Positions 9,162-19,651 of a stretch of 64,000 nucleotides of DNA are shown here, in pieces. The translations under genes were made by a program, and so were the position numbers. This DNA is from Candidatus Poribacteria bacterium (lineage in GTDB: Bacteria > Poribacteria > WGA-4E > WGA-3G): assembly GCA_965205015.1 (NCBI GenBank), contig OZ242029.1, positions 2,176,001 to 2,240,000 on the forward strand, given 5' to 3'. Under the pieces are notes generated by a model. The model worked only from the letters and a program-made list of their open reading frames with translations. It ran no database searches and was not told where the DNA came from. The number at the start of each line of letters is the position of its first letter. The first letter of the stretch is position 1.

Positions 9162-10191
9162 CTAATTCAAAGGACTCAAGTTCAAAGACTGTATCGACAG
9201 TCACATCACCTCGAGTCTGCGATTGTGTAAATTTGATAATCCCAACATCCGGAGCGACCCATTTTTTTACGACAGTGATGTCAAGTGGAACATTCTGATT
9301 TTCAATATCGAATCCCCATCGAAAGGATTCTTGAACTTGGAAGACGTGTTCAAAAGTTCCAGCTGGCACCGTCACGGTCTCTTCTGAAATCACCTCAAAT
9401 TCGTCGAGTCCCCCGCCAATCGGAAAGAGTTCAGGGACTAATTGTGCCTGAAAGTTAACCTCCCATCTCTCGCCTGGGATGAGTGGGAATTGGTAGAGTG
9501 GGAGATACGGCACGAACAGAATCGTATCACCTGTGCCGGATGTGGTATTCTGCGCGTGCTGTACAATCGCTGAGACTTCACCCTTTTCATCAAGACTGGG
9601 GCCGAGGTAAGAATAGTTTACAACGTTCTCTAAACCTTCAGCCTTGCTCGATTTTTGGAGGACAAAACTTTCAATGGTTTCCCCACCGGCGCGTTGAATC
9701 TGAATGGTATCCACAATTTCGAAAGTAATCTCAGCACCGCTTGGGTCGCGATAATGCCAAACATTCCCCACAGCCAATGGATAATAGTTTCCGGGACGAG
9801 TCCGCCACACTTGGATATCCAGTGTGCTTCTCGTAGCATTTTCCCCATCGCTTACCGTAACTTCAATCTGGTATTTCCGTTCAATTTCCGGCGCGCGCCA
9901 GAGAGCACCCGAGGCGTTCTCTGTTAACTCACCACCGGTAACCGTCCACGTATATGATAGAGAGTGTCCTTCAATGTCGCCAGCTTCCAGGCGAATTGGC
10001 ACCGCTGCGCCTGGCGAAACTATATTTGATTCTGCTTCAAACACCAGAATGTACGGGGCAACGTTTATGCCGCTGGTTTCATCACCACCGCAACCTACCG
10101 CAACACCAACAAGCAAGAACCAAAGAATTTTCCAGACTGTCGTTACATTTTTCAAGGGCTGAGAGATTTCCCGCGTAAGACTTCCCGACAT
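9151..10191 (-). CDS. Lipoprotein with Ig/PKD-like domain and C-terminal TVPAGTF beta-rich domain
   Basis: Lipobox VAVGC; LSYTWTVTGG, VTVSDG; YYPLAVGNVWHY, VTVPAGTF, WVAPDVGIIK. Start uncertain. Confidence 0.65.
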   Translation of the reverse strand: MSGSLTREISQPLKNVTTVWKILWFLLVGVAVGCGGDETSGINVAPYILVFEAESNIVSPGAAVPIRLEAGDIEGHSLSYTWTVTGGELTENASGALWRAPEIERKYQIEVTVSDGENATRSTLDIQVWRTRPGNYYPLAVGNVWHYRDPSGAEITFEIVDTIQIQRAGGETIESFVLQKSSKAEGLENVVNYSYLGPSLDEKGEVSAIVQHAQNTTSGTGDTILFVPYLPLYQFPLIPGERWEVNFQAQLVPELFPIGGGLDEFEVISEETVTVPAGTFEHVFQVQESFRWGFDIENQNVPLDITVVKKWVAPDVGIIKFTQSQTRGDVTVDTVFELESFELVEN

Positions 10192-10892
10192 TGGGTTTCA
10201 CCGTTTCCTGTTACATTGTAAGCGAACGTATTCATCAGCCGGTCGTTCGCTGAATTATTGGGGGCAGAGCCATGAATAATCAGGGCATTAAAAAAGACCC
10301 CGTCCCCCGGTTCCATCTCGACGGCAACAGCGTCTTCTCGTTCTTGATAGTGACCGGGTAGAAACACCCCAAACGTCTGATGTTTCCGTTCGTGCTCTTG
10401 TAAACCCCAATCATGGCTACCGGGTACAAACTGAATGCACCCATTCTCAAGGTTTGCCTCACTGATAGCCAATTGACAATTAATCATAACGGGTTTGTTG
10501 TTATCATTTTTCCAGTAGGCGTAGTCTTGATGCCATGGAATGGCCGTTCCGTCGCCACCGGCTTTTGGAAGTAATTTACTATGATAGAGGGATATGTTTT
10601 CACCCATCAACGCTTCCAATATATCCAACACTGCATCAGAACGAAGCAGACGGTTCAGGGTCGGACTCACCAACTCACTATGCATCAACTGCTTGATACG
10701 CGGCGGGTGGTCCTCCGAATCGTAGACTTCCCAAGAAATTCCAACGCCATCAGCAGGTTGTTCTGCCATACGGTTATGTATATTTTCAACCTCGTCCTGA
10801 ATTCGCGCGATGTCTTCTGAAGAGACAAGCCCTTTTTTCAGGAAATAGCCGTTTTCCACGTAAAACTGCTGTTCTTTACTCGTAAGTCCCAT
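10152..10892 (-). CDS. Phytanoyl-CoA dioxygenase (PhyH) family protein
   Basis: WHQD...HGS iron triad, ENGCIQFVPGSH; AAGGAG RBS before ATG at 10892. Confidence 0.9.
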   Translation of the reverse strand: MGLTSKEQQFYVENGYFLKKGLVSSEDIARIQDEVENIHNRMAEQPADGVGISWEVYDSEDHPPRIKQLMHSELVSPTLNRLLRSDAVLDILEALMGENISLYHSKLLPKAGGDGTAIPWHQDYAYWKNDNNKPVMINCQLAISEANLENGCIQFVPGSHDWGLQEHERKHQTFGVFLPGHYQEREDAVAVEMEPGDGVFFNALIIHGSAPNNSANDRLMNTFAYNVTGNGETQCREVLRGKSLSP

Positions 10893-11196
10893 ACGATTTC
10901 TCCTTGATGCCATTTAGCACACCAACGTTCAGACTTTGGCACACCAAACTATATGGTACCGATTTCGCCTCCCAAATAAAGTGTGCTATTAAAGTATACA
11001 CCAAGTGTTCGGAAAAATCAAGCGTTTTCATTTCTCTATTTACTTAAACGCGCGCCGGCAAAAAAAGGTTTACTTCTGTTACAAATCTTGTTAAAATATT
11101 ATAATCTGAGTTGCTACCTAACGAATTATAGACGTTTGAATAGGTTTCAAACCCTCTCTTCACCCTGTAGGGGTGATATATCTATAGAGAAATGAT

Positions 11197-11550
11197 ATGG
11201 ATTATACGCTTGAAAATTGTCAAAAACTCGTGGACGACTGGATTCACACCTTTGGGGTCCGCTATTTTTCAGAGTTAACCAATACCACTATTCTCATGGA
11301 AGAAGTCGGCGAATTAGCACGAATTATGGCACGTCAGTATGGTGAACAGAGTTTCAAGGAGAATGAGAAAGACTTGGACCTTGGTGAAGAAATGGCTGAT
11401 ATCCTTTTCGTACTTATCTGTCTCGCAAATCAAACAGGGGTCAAACTTGAGGACGCCTTCAAAAAGTCAATGGAAAAAAAGACGCGTCGAGATAAAGAAC
11501 GGCACAGCGAAAACCCTAAACTTTCGGAAAACCGAGGATCAGATACCTAA
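11197..11550 (+). CDS. MazG-like nucleotide pyrophosphohydrolase (YpjD type)
   Basis: LMEEVGELAR, EEMADILFVLICLAN. Confidence 0.9.
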   Translation: MDYTLENCQKLVDDWIHTFGVRYFSELTNTTILMEEVGELARIMARQYGEQSFKENEKDLDLGEEMADILFVLICLANQTGVKLEDAFKKSMEKKTRRDKERHSENPKLSENRGSDT

Positions 11551-11569
11551 CCGCCGAAGGAGATGGACA

Positions 11570-14299
11570 ATGATGCTCCATAGAGGCAACCTACTTTTAA
11601 TCTTAAGCCTGCTTGTTATCATCGGTGGATGTGCAATTTTCCAAAAAAGTCCATCGACGCCGGTAATAGTTGATCCACTCGTTGAACGGAATCGCGAGTG
11701 GCGCGAGCAGGTTGAAATTGGCAATACTGAACTACAACGCAAAAACTTGCGCGCCGCGCTTACGGCTTATGAAACCGCTATTGCAATTCATCCGGACGCA
11801 AGCGAAGTACGACGCAAAATCGCTGAGATATATTTCCAACTCCAAGAGTACGAAAACGCAAGAGACGCATTTGTAGCATTTTTAGCACTCGAACCGAAAA
11901 ATATCGCAGCGCTGAACTATGCCGGATACATCTCTGAAAAATTGCAGGATTATGCGGCAGCCGCTGAATACTATGAGCGGGTCCTTAATGTTTCGGTGGA
12001 TAACCTCTACGCCTTGAATCACCTCGGTTTAGCCTACAAGCAGCTCCAACGTTTCGACGAAGCGATTGAAGTGCTCCATGCGGCATTGTCTTTTGATCCG
12101 AGATGTGAGCGTCCCGAAAGCGAAAACTTGCACAACTACTTGGGGTTAATTTACTTAGAGCGCGGTGAAATTGGTGAAGCCATTGCAGAACTACGGGAAT
12201 CGATTCGGTTATTTCCTAACGATATCTGGGCAAAGGAGCAACTCGCTACACTTTATGAGAACCAAAAACGTTATTTTGAAGCGCAGCTCCAATACCGACA
12301 GATTTTGGAAATTGATCCAGACAATCTCCTTGCCTTAACGCGGCTCCAAGCACTCGCCCAGCAGAACCTTGGTCCGATGGAGATTGTTGATGTGCCGCCT
12401 GTTACGCTTCTCGATCCGGATGTTGAACACATTATCGCGAATGCACCAGACGCAGGCGACTATCCTGATGCTGATACCTTAGTCCTCTTCAACCATTTCA
12501 GCCACGATGTTCTACCGACCGGACAGTCCCGCTATACAACGCATCAAGTCGTTAAAATTCTCACCGAAAGAGGCATCCAAAAATACGGTGATATCGCCAT
12601 TCCTTATCAACCCGCTGCGCAAAACATCGGTGTTAATATAGCAAGAACAATTACTGTGGACGGCACGGTGCTGCACCCTCCCACTGAAGCGTTTAACGAT
12701 GCAACACCACCGGGGTTATTGTCCCAAAATCTGTATTCCGACGCAATGTGGAAGGTCATCTCAATGGTCGGTCTCACACCAGGGGTCTGCATTGAGTACC
12801 AGGTAACACTTGAGGACAAAGTCCCTGGGGGCGAGACATGGATCACAGGGGGATACAACTTCCAAGCGACAGAGGCGACACTTCAGACGAGTTACGCCCT
12901 TCAAATGCCCAGTACGTGGCATCTTCAATGGAAAATTGCGAACGATACGTCAAATACAAACGCGCAGGAACCTGAGGTGTCCTACACAGAAAACGACACT
13001 GTTGTGTATATTTGGCGGTACGGCGAAACGCCCGCACTCACAATAGAGGAAGGCATGCCACATATTAATGACATCGCTCCGCGCTTGCGCTACTCTTCTA
13101 TTGCTAACTGGAACGATGTTTACATGTGGTATAAAGCACTCGCGAAAGGGAGATACACGCCGGATGCTAAAATCGAGGACAAAGTCCACCAGTTAACCCA
13201 GAATCTGACGACAGAAGCGGCAAAAATACGCGCGATCTACCATTTTGTCGCCACAAATATCCGTTACGTTGGTATTGAACTTGGGCAGAGTGCATATCAA
13301 CCCTCGCCTGCCGCTGAAGTCTTTCAAATGCAATACGGCGATTGCAAGGATAAAACAACGCTCCTGATTTCAATGTTAGATCTGGTGGGGATCAAGGCTT
13401 ACCCGGTTTTGATGAGCAGTGCACCCTACGAGCGGGTTGACACAACACTCCCCGCACTTAACCAATTTAATCACATGATCGCCGCAATCCCCACCGGAGC
13501 AAATGCTTATATTTGGTTAGATCCCTCCTCAGCGACGTGTAGCTACGGGGACCTCCCTTATAACGTACAAGGACGCACAGGATTTCTCATTTCCGACACA
13601 TACGGTGAATTTGTGGAAACCCCTGTTTTCCCATTCGACTCTAATAGACTTGTGAGCATGACAGATATAGCCCTAAACAACCAAGGCACTGTAGAAGGGA
13701 CACTCCACATTCAGACGAGCGGACAATATGACCTAAATACACGGTGGGCATATCAACAGATACAGCCTCGCGCCGTGAAAACCTCTTTGGCGACTGAACT
13801 CAGCCAACAATTTCCCGGTATTCAGATAGTATGGCACGAGATGTCCGACCTCAATGACCTCAATGTACCGGTGGAAATTAGGCTCGGCTTTCGCGTTGAG
13901 AATTACGCAACACCTTTACGCAACAACATGTTGATGCCTTTACCAATTGATGAATTTGGGGAGTACGCTGAGGCGTTTGCTAATGACCGACGCGTCTATT
14001 CATTGGACTTCGGTTATCCAACGCAAGTTGAGAAAACGATTCGTATCCAGATTCCAGATGGATGGAGTGCCGCTCTACCGGAAGACAGTCATCATACTAT
14101 GGAGAGCGCGGAATTTACTCGACAGTATCGGCAGGTTGAGAATATCATTACCTATCGACTTCTGTTTACTCTTAAAGATAGGGTTCTCCCAGCAGTCGCA
14201 TATCCAGCGGCAAAATTGCTTTTTACTTCGCTTGCGAGTGAAGATGGCAGTCATTTGCTGCTAAATATGGGGAGTTACAGTCGCATGTCAAAACGGTAA
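11570..14299 (+). CDS. Lipoprotein with TPR repeats, DUF3857, transglutaminase-like core and DUF3858
   Basis: AAGGAG RBS and lipobox IIGGC after ATG at 11570; TPR array; NIRYVGIE, YGDCKDK, FNHMI, WLDP catalytic motifs. Confidence 0.85.
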   Translation: MMLHRGNLLLILSLLVIIGGCAIFQKSPSTPVIVDPLVERNREWREQVEIGNTELQRKNLRAALTAYETAIAIHPDASEVRRKIAEIYFQLQEYENARDAFVAFLALEPKNIAALNYAGYISEKLQDYAAAAEYYERVLNVSVDNLYALNHLGLAYKQLQRFDEAIEVLHAALSFDPRCERPESENLHNYLGLIYLERGEIGEAIAELRESIRLFPNDIWAKEQLATLYENQKRYFEAQLQYRQILEIDPDNLLALTRLQALAQQNLGPMEIVDVPPVTLLDPDVEHIIANAPDAGDYPDADTLVLFNHFSHDVLPTGQSRYTTHQVVKILTERGIQKYGDIAIPYQPAAQNIGVNIARTITVDGTVLHPPTEAFNDATPPGLLSQNLYSDAMWKVISMVGLTPGVCIEYQVTLEDKVPGGETWITGGYNFQATEATLQTSYALQMPSTWHLQWKIANDTSNTNAQEPEVSYTENDTVVYIWRYGETPALTIEEGMPHINDIAPRLRYSSIANWNDVYMWYKALAKGRYTPDAKIEDKVHQLTQNLTTEAAKIRAIYHFVATNIRYVGIELGQSAYQPSPAAEVFQMQYGDCKDKTTLLISMLDLVGIKAYPVLMSSAPYERVDTTLPALNQFNHMIAAIPTGANAYIWLDPSSATCSYGDLPYNVQGRTGFLISDTYGEFVETPVFPFDSNRLVSMTDIALNNQGTVEGTLHIQTSGQYDLNTRWAYQQIQPRAVKTSLATELSQQFPGIQIVWHEMSDLNDLNVPVEIRLGFRVENYATPLRNNMLMPLPIDEFGEYAEAFANDRRVYSLDFGYPTQVEKTIRIQIPDGWSAALPEDSHHTMESAEFTRQYRQVENIITYRLLFTLKDRVLPAVAYPAAKLLFTSLASEDGSHLLLNMGSYSRMSKR

Positions 14300-14325
14300 T
14301 AACTCTCTGGTCATTTCCAGTCCCG

Positions 14326-14350
14326 GTAGGTGCGGTTTCTAACCGCACCT
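14326..14350 (+). repeat. GTAG-type REP palindrome between convergent genes
   Basis: GTAGGTGCGGTTTCTAACCGCACCT; near-identical copy at 33174. Confidence 0.75.
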
Positions 14351-14365
14351 GATCGCCAGAAAGGG

Positions 14366-14968
14366 TCAACCCTTGACGTATTTCCAACCATCAACCAAGA
14401 CAGGAAGCCCGCGAATTAGGCACATCGCAACAACCACTGTAGATAGAATCACGCCTGCCAATTCCAGTCCGATGATCATTTCCGGGAAGGCACCTGAGTT
14501 TTTGAAGGCAATGACACCACCGAGATAAAGAAAGGCGAGGGTTTTCATAATACCATAAACACCACGGCTCGCCCGTGAACTGGTAAGCGCACGGGTCCAT
14601 TTCGAGGACATCATCGTGTTTTCACCAAAGGCGGTTTTGCCTTCCGCAAAGGCGGCACTCCGCAAACCATCTGTGAAAAAGCCACGGGCAATCACGATAA
14701 CTGGAATCCAGAACGGAATTAAACCCACAACGGCGAAGTATACCCAGAAGATACATTCGACAATCCGATCGCCAACTATGTCGAATAACGCACCAAAATC
14801 AGAAGTCTGATTCAGGCGTCGAGCGACGTAACCGTCAACCGCATCAAGAAATAGGATTAGACCTATGAGTCCCACGAGCAGAATGTCTAAATAAACGTGA
14901 ACACCAAAGAGGGAGATCACAACAAAAACCAATATCAGACGGAAGAGTGTAATCAAATTTGCAATCAT
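14366..14968 (-). CDS. CDP-alcohol phosphatidyltransferase (PgsA-like)
   Basis: ANLITLFR; DAVDGYVARRLNQTSDFGALFDIVGDR. Confidence 0.9.
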   Translation of the reverse strand: MIANLITLFRLILVFVVISLFGVHVYLDILLVGLIGLILFLDAVDGYVARRLNQTSDFGALFDIVGDRIVECIFWVYFAVVGLIPFWIPVIVIARGFFTDGLRSAAFAEGKTAFGENTMMSSKWTRALTSSRASRGVYGIMKTLAFLYLGGVIAFKNSGAFPEMIIGLELAGVILSTVVVAMCLIRGLPVLVDGWKYVKG

Positions 14969-15119
14969 TTTTTTACCTCCGGAAATCTGTGGGCATTTAT
15001 GAGTCTCTGTGATTTTCAGGTTAAGTATATTTTTTCAAGTGGCACTCCTCTAATTAATAGTAACATACCGTATCACCAAAAGCAACACCAATTTTGCAAA
15101 CGAAAGGAATACTTATTCG

Positions 15120-16730
15120 ATGGATCAAAATAGAAAACCGAACATCGTCCTCATCCTGAACGATGATATGGGCTTTTCTGACTTAGGTTGCTACGGCGGC
15201 GAAGTTCACACCCCGAATCTGGATCGGCTTGCCGCAGGCGGGCTGAGGTTCACACAATTTTACAACACCGCCCGTTGTTGTCCATCCCGTGCTTCCATGC
15301 TTACCGGGCTACACCCGCACCAAACTGGGGTCGGACACATGATGGGCGATGATGGATTAGAAGGCTACCGTGGCGACTTGAACGATCGCTGTATCACGAT
15401 TGCTGATGCCGTCCGTTCGGAGGGTTACGGCACCTATATGAGCGGAAAGTGGCATATCTCTCGGCATGCCGGCGCTGATGGACCTAAGCATAGTTGGCCC
15501 TGCCAGCGGGGGTTTGACCAATACTACGGTATTATCACCGGTGCCGCAAATTTTTGGAAACCGAACACGCTGACGCGCGATAACACACGCATCCGACACA
15601 ACGAACTCCCTGAAGGTTACTTCCTCACAGATGCTATCAGCGACGAAGCAACGACCTTTATCCGCAATCACACCGAAAAGAACCCCGACAGTCCGTTTTT
15701 CACCTACGTCGCTTACACGGCACCGCATTGGCCCCTGCATGCCCACGAAGAAGACATCGCCACCTACGATGGACGTTTCGCTGCCGGATGGGACGAACTC
15801 CGAGAGGAAAGACTCTCGCGGATGCGGGAGATGAAGATTTTGGATGAAGCATGGCAACTTACGGCGCGCGATCCCTCACAGCCGCCTTGGCGCGAAGCCC
15901 AATACAAGGAATGGAATCAACGCCGTATGGAGGTTTACGCCGCGCAAATCACCCGTATGGATGCAGGTATCGGAAAAATTATCAATACGTTGGAAGAAAC
16001 GGGTGAACTCGACAACACGCTCATCCTGTTTTTAGCCGATAACGGCGGTTGCGCCGAAGAACTCGGAGGACCACCCGCAATACGCGACAGCGATTCACTC
16101 ATCAGTACTGAGACGACCTCCGATGGACAACCCATCTATCGTGGCAACGATCCGAGCATCATGCCCGGTCCCGAGACCACCTATCAAAGTTACGGGGTGC
16201 CGTGGGCAAATCTCTCCAATACGCCGTTCCGAGAATACAAACATTGGGTGCATGAAGGCGGTATCGCTACGCCACTGATTGCCCATTGGCCAGATGCTAT
16301 AAAGTCGGCGGGAGAGTTGCGCCATCAACCCGGACAATTGACGGACATCATGGCGACATGTCTTGAAGCTTCAGGGGCAACCTACCCTGAAGAACACGAC
16401 GGGAAACCAATTTTGCCGTTAGAAGGGACAAGCTTAGTACCGATTTTCGATGGGAAGGATAACGGGAAAGAGGTGCTTTATTGGGAACACGAAGGCAATT
16501 GTGCAGTCCGTCAAGATAAATGGAAACTCGTCTGCAAGTTCCCCGGCGATTGGGAACTCTACGACGTGGAAGCCGAGCGGACAGAGATCAACGATCTCGC
16601 TGCTCAGCATCCGCAAAAACTAAATGAACTTGTTGGGCTTTACCGTGACTGGGCAGATCGTTGTTTCATCTATCCCTGGGATCGGCTCCAAGAGAAACGC
16701 AGACAGCAACGGAACACGTCTGAACTATGA
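15120..16730 (+). CDS. Arylsulfatase (Cys-type)
   Basis: PNIVLILNDDMG, CCPSRASMLTG, GKWH, APHWP, DNG, HEGG. Confidence 0.95.
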   Translation: MDQNRKPNIVLILNDDMGFSDLGCYGGEVHTPNLDRLAAGGLRFTQFYNTARCCPSRASMLTGLHPHQTGVGHMMGDDGLEGYRGDLNDRCITIADAVRSEGYGTYMSGKWHISRHAGADGPKHSWPCQRGFDQYYGIITGAANFWKPNTLTRDNTRIRHNELPEGYFLTDAISDEATTFIRNHTEKNPDSPFFTYVAYTAPHWPLHAHEEDIATYDGRFAAGWDELREERLSRMREMKILDEAWQLTARDPSQPPWREAQYKEWNQRRMEVYAAQITRMDAGIGKIINTLEETGELDNTLILFLADNGGCAEELGGPPAIRDSDSLISTETTSDGQPIYRGNDPSIMPGPETTYQSYGVPWANLSNTPFREYKHWVHEGGIATPLIAHWPDAIKSAGELRHQPGQLTDIMATCLEASGATYPEEHDGKPILPLEGTSLVPIFDGKDNGKEVLYWEHEGNCAVRQDKWKLVCKFPGDWELYDVEAERTEINDLAAQHPQKLNELVGLYRDWADRCFIYPWDRLQEKRRQQRNTSEL

Positions 16731-16755
16731 TAGGACTTACGCATGTTACGCTTTT

Positions 16756-16782
16756 GTAGCATAACCTGTTAGGTTGTGCCAC
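16756..16782 (+). repeat. GTAG-type REP-like palindrome
   Basis: GTAGCATAACCTGTTAGGTTGTGCCAC, between convergent genes. Confidence 0.55.
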
Positions 16783-16846
16783 GCGCGCGAAGACCAATCC
16801 TAATCATGGTAAATCAGATAAATCACAAAAAATCGCGGGTCAAAAA

Positions 16847-17941
16847 CTAAGCACACGGTAGCATCTTCAAACAGACCGGTGTCGGGACCTCTGCTACGGC
16901 TCCTGTCGCATTTAATTCACCCGTTTCGGCGTCAATTGCGAATGTAACAACCGTGTCGGTCTGCTGGTTAGCAGCAAAGAGGAAGGTCCCTTCCGGATTC
17001 AACCCAAAGTTTCGCGGGGTCTGACCTTGCGTTGATTCATAACCGATGGGAGTCAGCATTCCGGTCTCTGAATCAATTGTGCAAATCGCAATGCTATCAT
17101 GTCCTCGGTTCGATCCATACAAGAATTTCCCAGAAGGATGGACGTGAATATCGGCACAATGACTGGTGCCATCGAAATCGTCAGGAAGCGTTGAGACTGT
17201 CTGGAATTCAGCCAGCCTGCCAGCACTCGCGTCGTACCGAAAAGCGGTGAAAGTAGAATCTATCTCGTTAATCACGTATGCATATTGTCCGTTCGGATGA
17301 AAATCGAAATGCCGCGGTCCTGCACCCGGTTGCACACGTACCCACGGTTGCATATGAGGCGTGAGCGTTCCGTTTGCTGCATCTAATTGATAGATGAGAA
17401 CTTTATCAAGTCCCAAGTCAGGTGAGAAAGCATAACGATTGCCCGGAGCTATCATAATCGCGTGTGCGTGGGGTTCCATCTGCCGTTGCGGATTGATGCT
17501 GGATCCCTCATGCTGCACAAAATCAGAGGCTTCACCGAGCCTGCCATCCGACCCTATGGGGAAAGCCGTAACGCTTCCACCCCCGTAGTTTGCTACAAGC
17601 AGGCACTTACCGGTAGCATCCACACTCAAATGACACGGGGCACCACCGCCGGTGGCACGTTGATTGAGATAACTAATCTCCCCTGTCTCTTTATGGATGT
17701 AAAACGCCGTGACCGCACCACTATCTTCGCCTTCAAACTCGCCCAACTCGTTGACGGCATAGAGATACTGTCCACTCGGATGTATCTCCAAAAAAGACGG
17801 ATTCTCAATGCCTGTCATTTTGCTACTATATTCCAAGGCACCCGTCGCTCCGTCTAAGCGGTAGACGTAGATCCCTTCGCTATCTCCTTGTGTGTAGGTG
17901 CCGACATAAACGAAATAGTCTTGGCTTTTCTGTTGCGCCAT
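16847..17941 (-). CDS. pgl: Lactonase family beta-propeller (6-phosphogluconolactonase-like)
   Basis: YVGTYT, NPSFL, VANYGGG, PHAH, GAGPRH, SNRGHDSI, PRNF. Confidence 0.85.
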   Translation of the reverse strand: MAQQKSQDYFVYVGTYTQGDSEGIYVYRLDGATGALEYSSKMTGIENPSFLEIHPSGQYLYAVNELGEFEGEDSGAVTAFYIHKETGEISYLNQRATGGGAPCHLSVDATGKCLLVANYGGGSVTAFPIGSDGRLGEASDFVQHEGSSINPQRQMEPHAHAIMIAPGNRYAFSPDLGLDKVLIYQLDAANGTLTPHMQPWVRVQPGAGPRHFDFHPNGQYAYVINEIDSTFTAFRYDASAGRLAEFQTVSTLPDDFDGTSHCADIHVHPSGKFLYGSNRGHDSIAICTIDSETGMLTPIGYESTQGQTPRNFGLNPEGTFLFAANQQTDTVVTFAIDAETGELNATGAVAEVPTPVCLKMLPCA

Positions 17942-17975
17942 TATCTGAAATCTCCTTATTCAATAAATTAAAAAC

Positions 17976-19586
17976 TTATGAAACTTTGAAATGAATCGTT
18001 CTCTCTTCACTTTCACGATAACCGATGCGGATCGCTTTTGCGCGCACGGTGGTTTCGCCTGCTGACAGACGCAGGGGTTCAGTATAGAGGTGCCAGTGCG
18101 CATCATCCCCTTGCTCCGTTGTATAAGCAATTGATGCCCCTTGCGTCGAGCAGTGAAGTTGCAAAACGAGAGGTGCTGCCCACTCGCCAGCCTCGTGTAC
18201 CACCTCTGTACCCGAATGTTCGGCGTTCATCGGGATGAAAATAGGTGCTGCCGTTTGAGGTTGCGTGCCATTAGGGTACCACTGCGCAACCATCTGTTCC
18301 TCGGAGATATCCCCCATATCCCCGAATTCGGATTGCCATTGTGTCAGTGCGCCGCGCATCCTTTCCAGAACGTCGTGATGTCCGGTATCCTTCGCTAAAT
18401 TGTTGAGTTCATACCTATCGTTTTCAACATCGTAAAGTTCTTCAGCAGGACGCGGACATTGGAACATAACCGCCTGATCCCCCTCCAACTCACCTGCGGC
18501 ATACAACCGCCACATCTCCTGCATGATCGGGTGCCGATTCCGATAAGGAATCCAGAGCAGATACGGTTTTTCAGGATAATAATTTCTGATGTATTTATAC
18601 CGCTTATCGCGAACAGCACGGACCATATCGTAAGACTCGTCGTAACGGTCGCGGGTCGCAAAAATGTAGTCCCGTTCTATCTTCTCCGGTCCGAGAAACG
18701 GTTGTCCCTGTAAATGTTCCGGTGCTTGCACACCGCAAAGTGAGAGAACTGTTGGACCCAAATCAATCAGACTCACGAGTTGATCACTCACACTATCAGC
18801 AGAAAGCGAACCGGGCCACCGCACAATCAATGGAATACGAATACCAGCATCGTAGGGCCACCGTTTGCCGCGTGGAAGTCCTTCACCGTGATCGCTCCAG
18901 AGAAAGACGATGGTATTCTCCGAAAGTCCATCCTCTTCCAACTGATCGAGGAGTTCGCCGACACGGGCATCCGCAGTGGCAAGGTTATCATATTGACGCG
19001 CCAACGCCTGCCGTGCTTTCGGTGTATCCGGCAGATACGGCGGTAACTGAACATCATCCGGATTCGTAGTCGTGGTCAATGGACGATCCTCCCGTTCCCA
19101 CATACCGCTCTCGTGCGTAACCGTCGGATTGAAGACGGAAAAGAAGGGTTGTCCCCCCTCACGATTTCGCCAATGTCCGGTGTTATTACACTCGTCCCAT
19201 GCCGTGATTGGCGGTGTAAACTGATAATCCGTCTTGCTGTTATTCGTGCAGTAATAGCCCGCACCCCTGAGATATTCGGTGAACGTTTTTACATAAGGCG
19301 GTGGAACCGCAGAATATGGGGTCGGCATGTCAGGCGTGTTTTGGTTCGTGTGCGTTGTGCGCATGTGATGTGTACCAATGGAGGTCTGGTACATGCCGGT
19401 AATGATTGCAGAACGGCTCGGCGCACAGACACCGGCAGTCGAGAACGCATTCGGAAACCGACAACCGCCAGCAGCAAGCCGGTCGATATTCGGTGTCCGC
19501 GCGAGTGTATCCCCATAACAACCGAAACGCGGTGTTGTATCTTCCACAGAGATCCAAAGAATATTCGGGCGATCTGATGTGCTCAT
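17976..19586 (-). CDS. Sulfatase (Cys-type) with C-terminal Fn3-associated/CHB_HEX_C-like domain; paralogue 1
   Basis: PNILWIS.ED, CAPSRSAIITG, SDHG; C-terminal TQGASIAYT...W.LYTEPL...AKAIRIGY. Confidence 0.92.
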   Translation of the reverse strand: MSTSDRPNILWISVEDTTPRFGCYGDTLARTPNIDRLAAGGCRFPNAFSTAGVCAPSRSAIITGMYQTSIGTHHMRTTHTNQNTPDMPTPYSAVPPPYVKTFTEYLRGAGYYCTNNSKTDYQFTPPITAWDECNNTGHWRNREGGQPFFSVFNPTVTHESGMWEREDRPLTTTTNPDDVQLPPYLPDTPKARQALARQYDNLATADARVGELLDQLEEDGLSENTIVFLWSDHGEGLPRGKRWPYDAGIRIPLIVRWPGSLSADSVSDQLVSLIDLGPTVLSLCGVQAPEHLQGQPFLGPEKIERDYIFATRDRYDESYDMVRAVRDKRYKYIRNYYPEKPYLLWIPYRNRHPIMQEMWRLYAAGELEGDQAVMFQCPRPAEELYDVENDRYELNNLAKDTGHHDVLERMRGALTQWQSEFGDMGDISEEQMVAQWYPNGTQPQTAAPIFIPMNAEHSGTEVVHEAGEWAAPLVLQLHCSTQGASIAYTTEQGDDAHWHLYTEPLRLSAGETTVRAKAIRIGYRESEERTIHFKVS

Positions 19587-19609
19587 TTTTACTCCCTGTT
19601 TTTGACAGG

Positions 19610-19638
19610 ATTGTACCCCAAACAGCGGTTTAAGTCAA
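19610..19638 (-). promoter_or_regulatory. Sigma70-type promoter for sulfatase paralogue 1
   Basis: Minus strand TTGACT-17 bp-TACAAT upstream of the start at 19586. Confidence 0.6.
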
Positions 19639-19651
19639 TAGGGTCGTCTAA

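Noticed and set aside
11339-11569. N-terminal extension of the 986-aa ORF
   Set aside because: It overlaps the MazG-like gene; RBS and lipoprotein signal support a start at 11570
16731-16743. TAGGACTTACGCA as a MITE end
   Set aside because: It resembles a repeat terminus I recall from other bacteria, but no matching inverted end is found nearby
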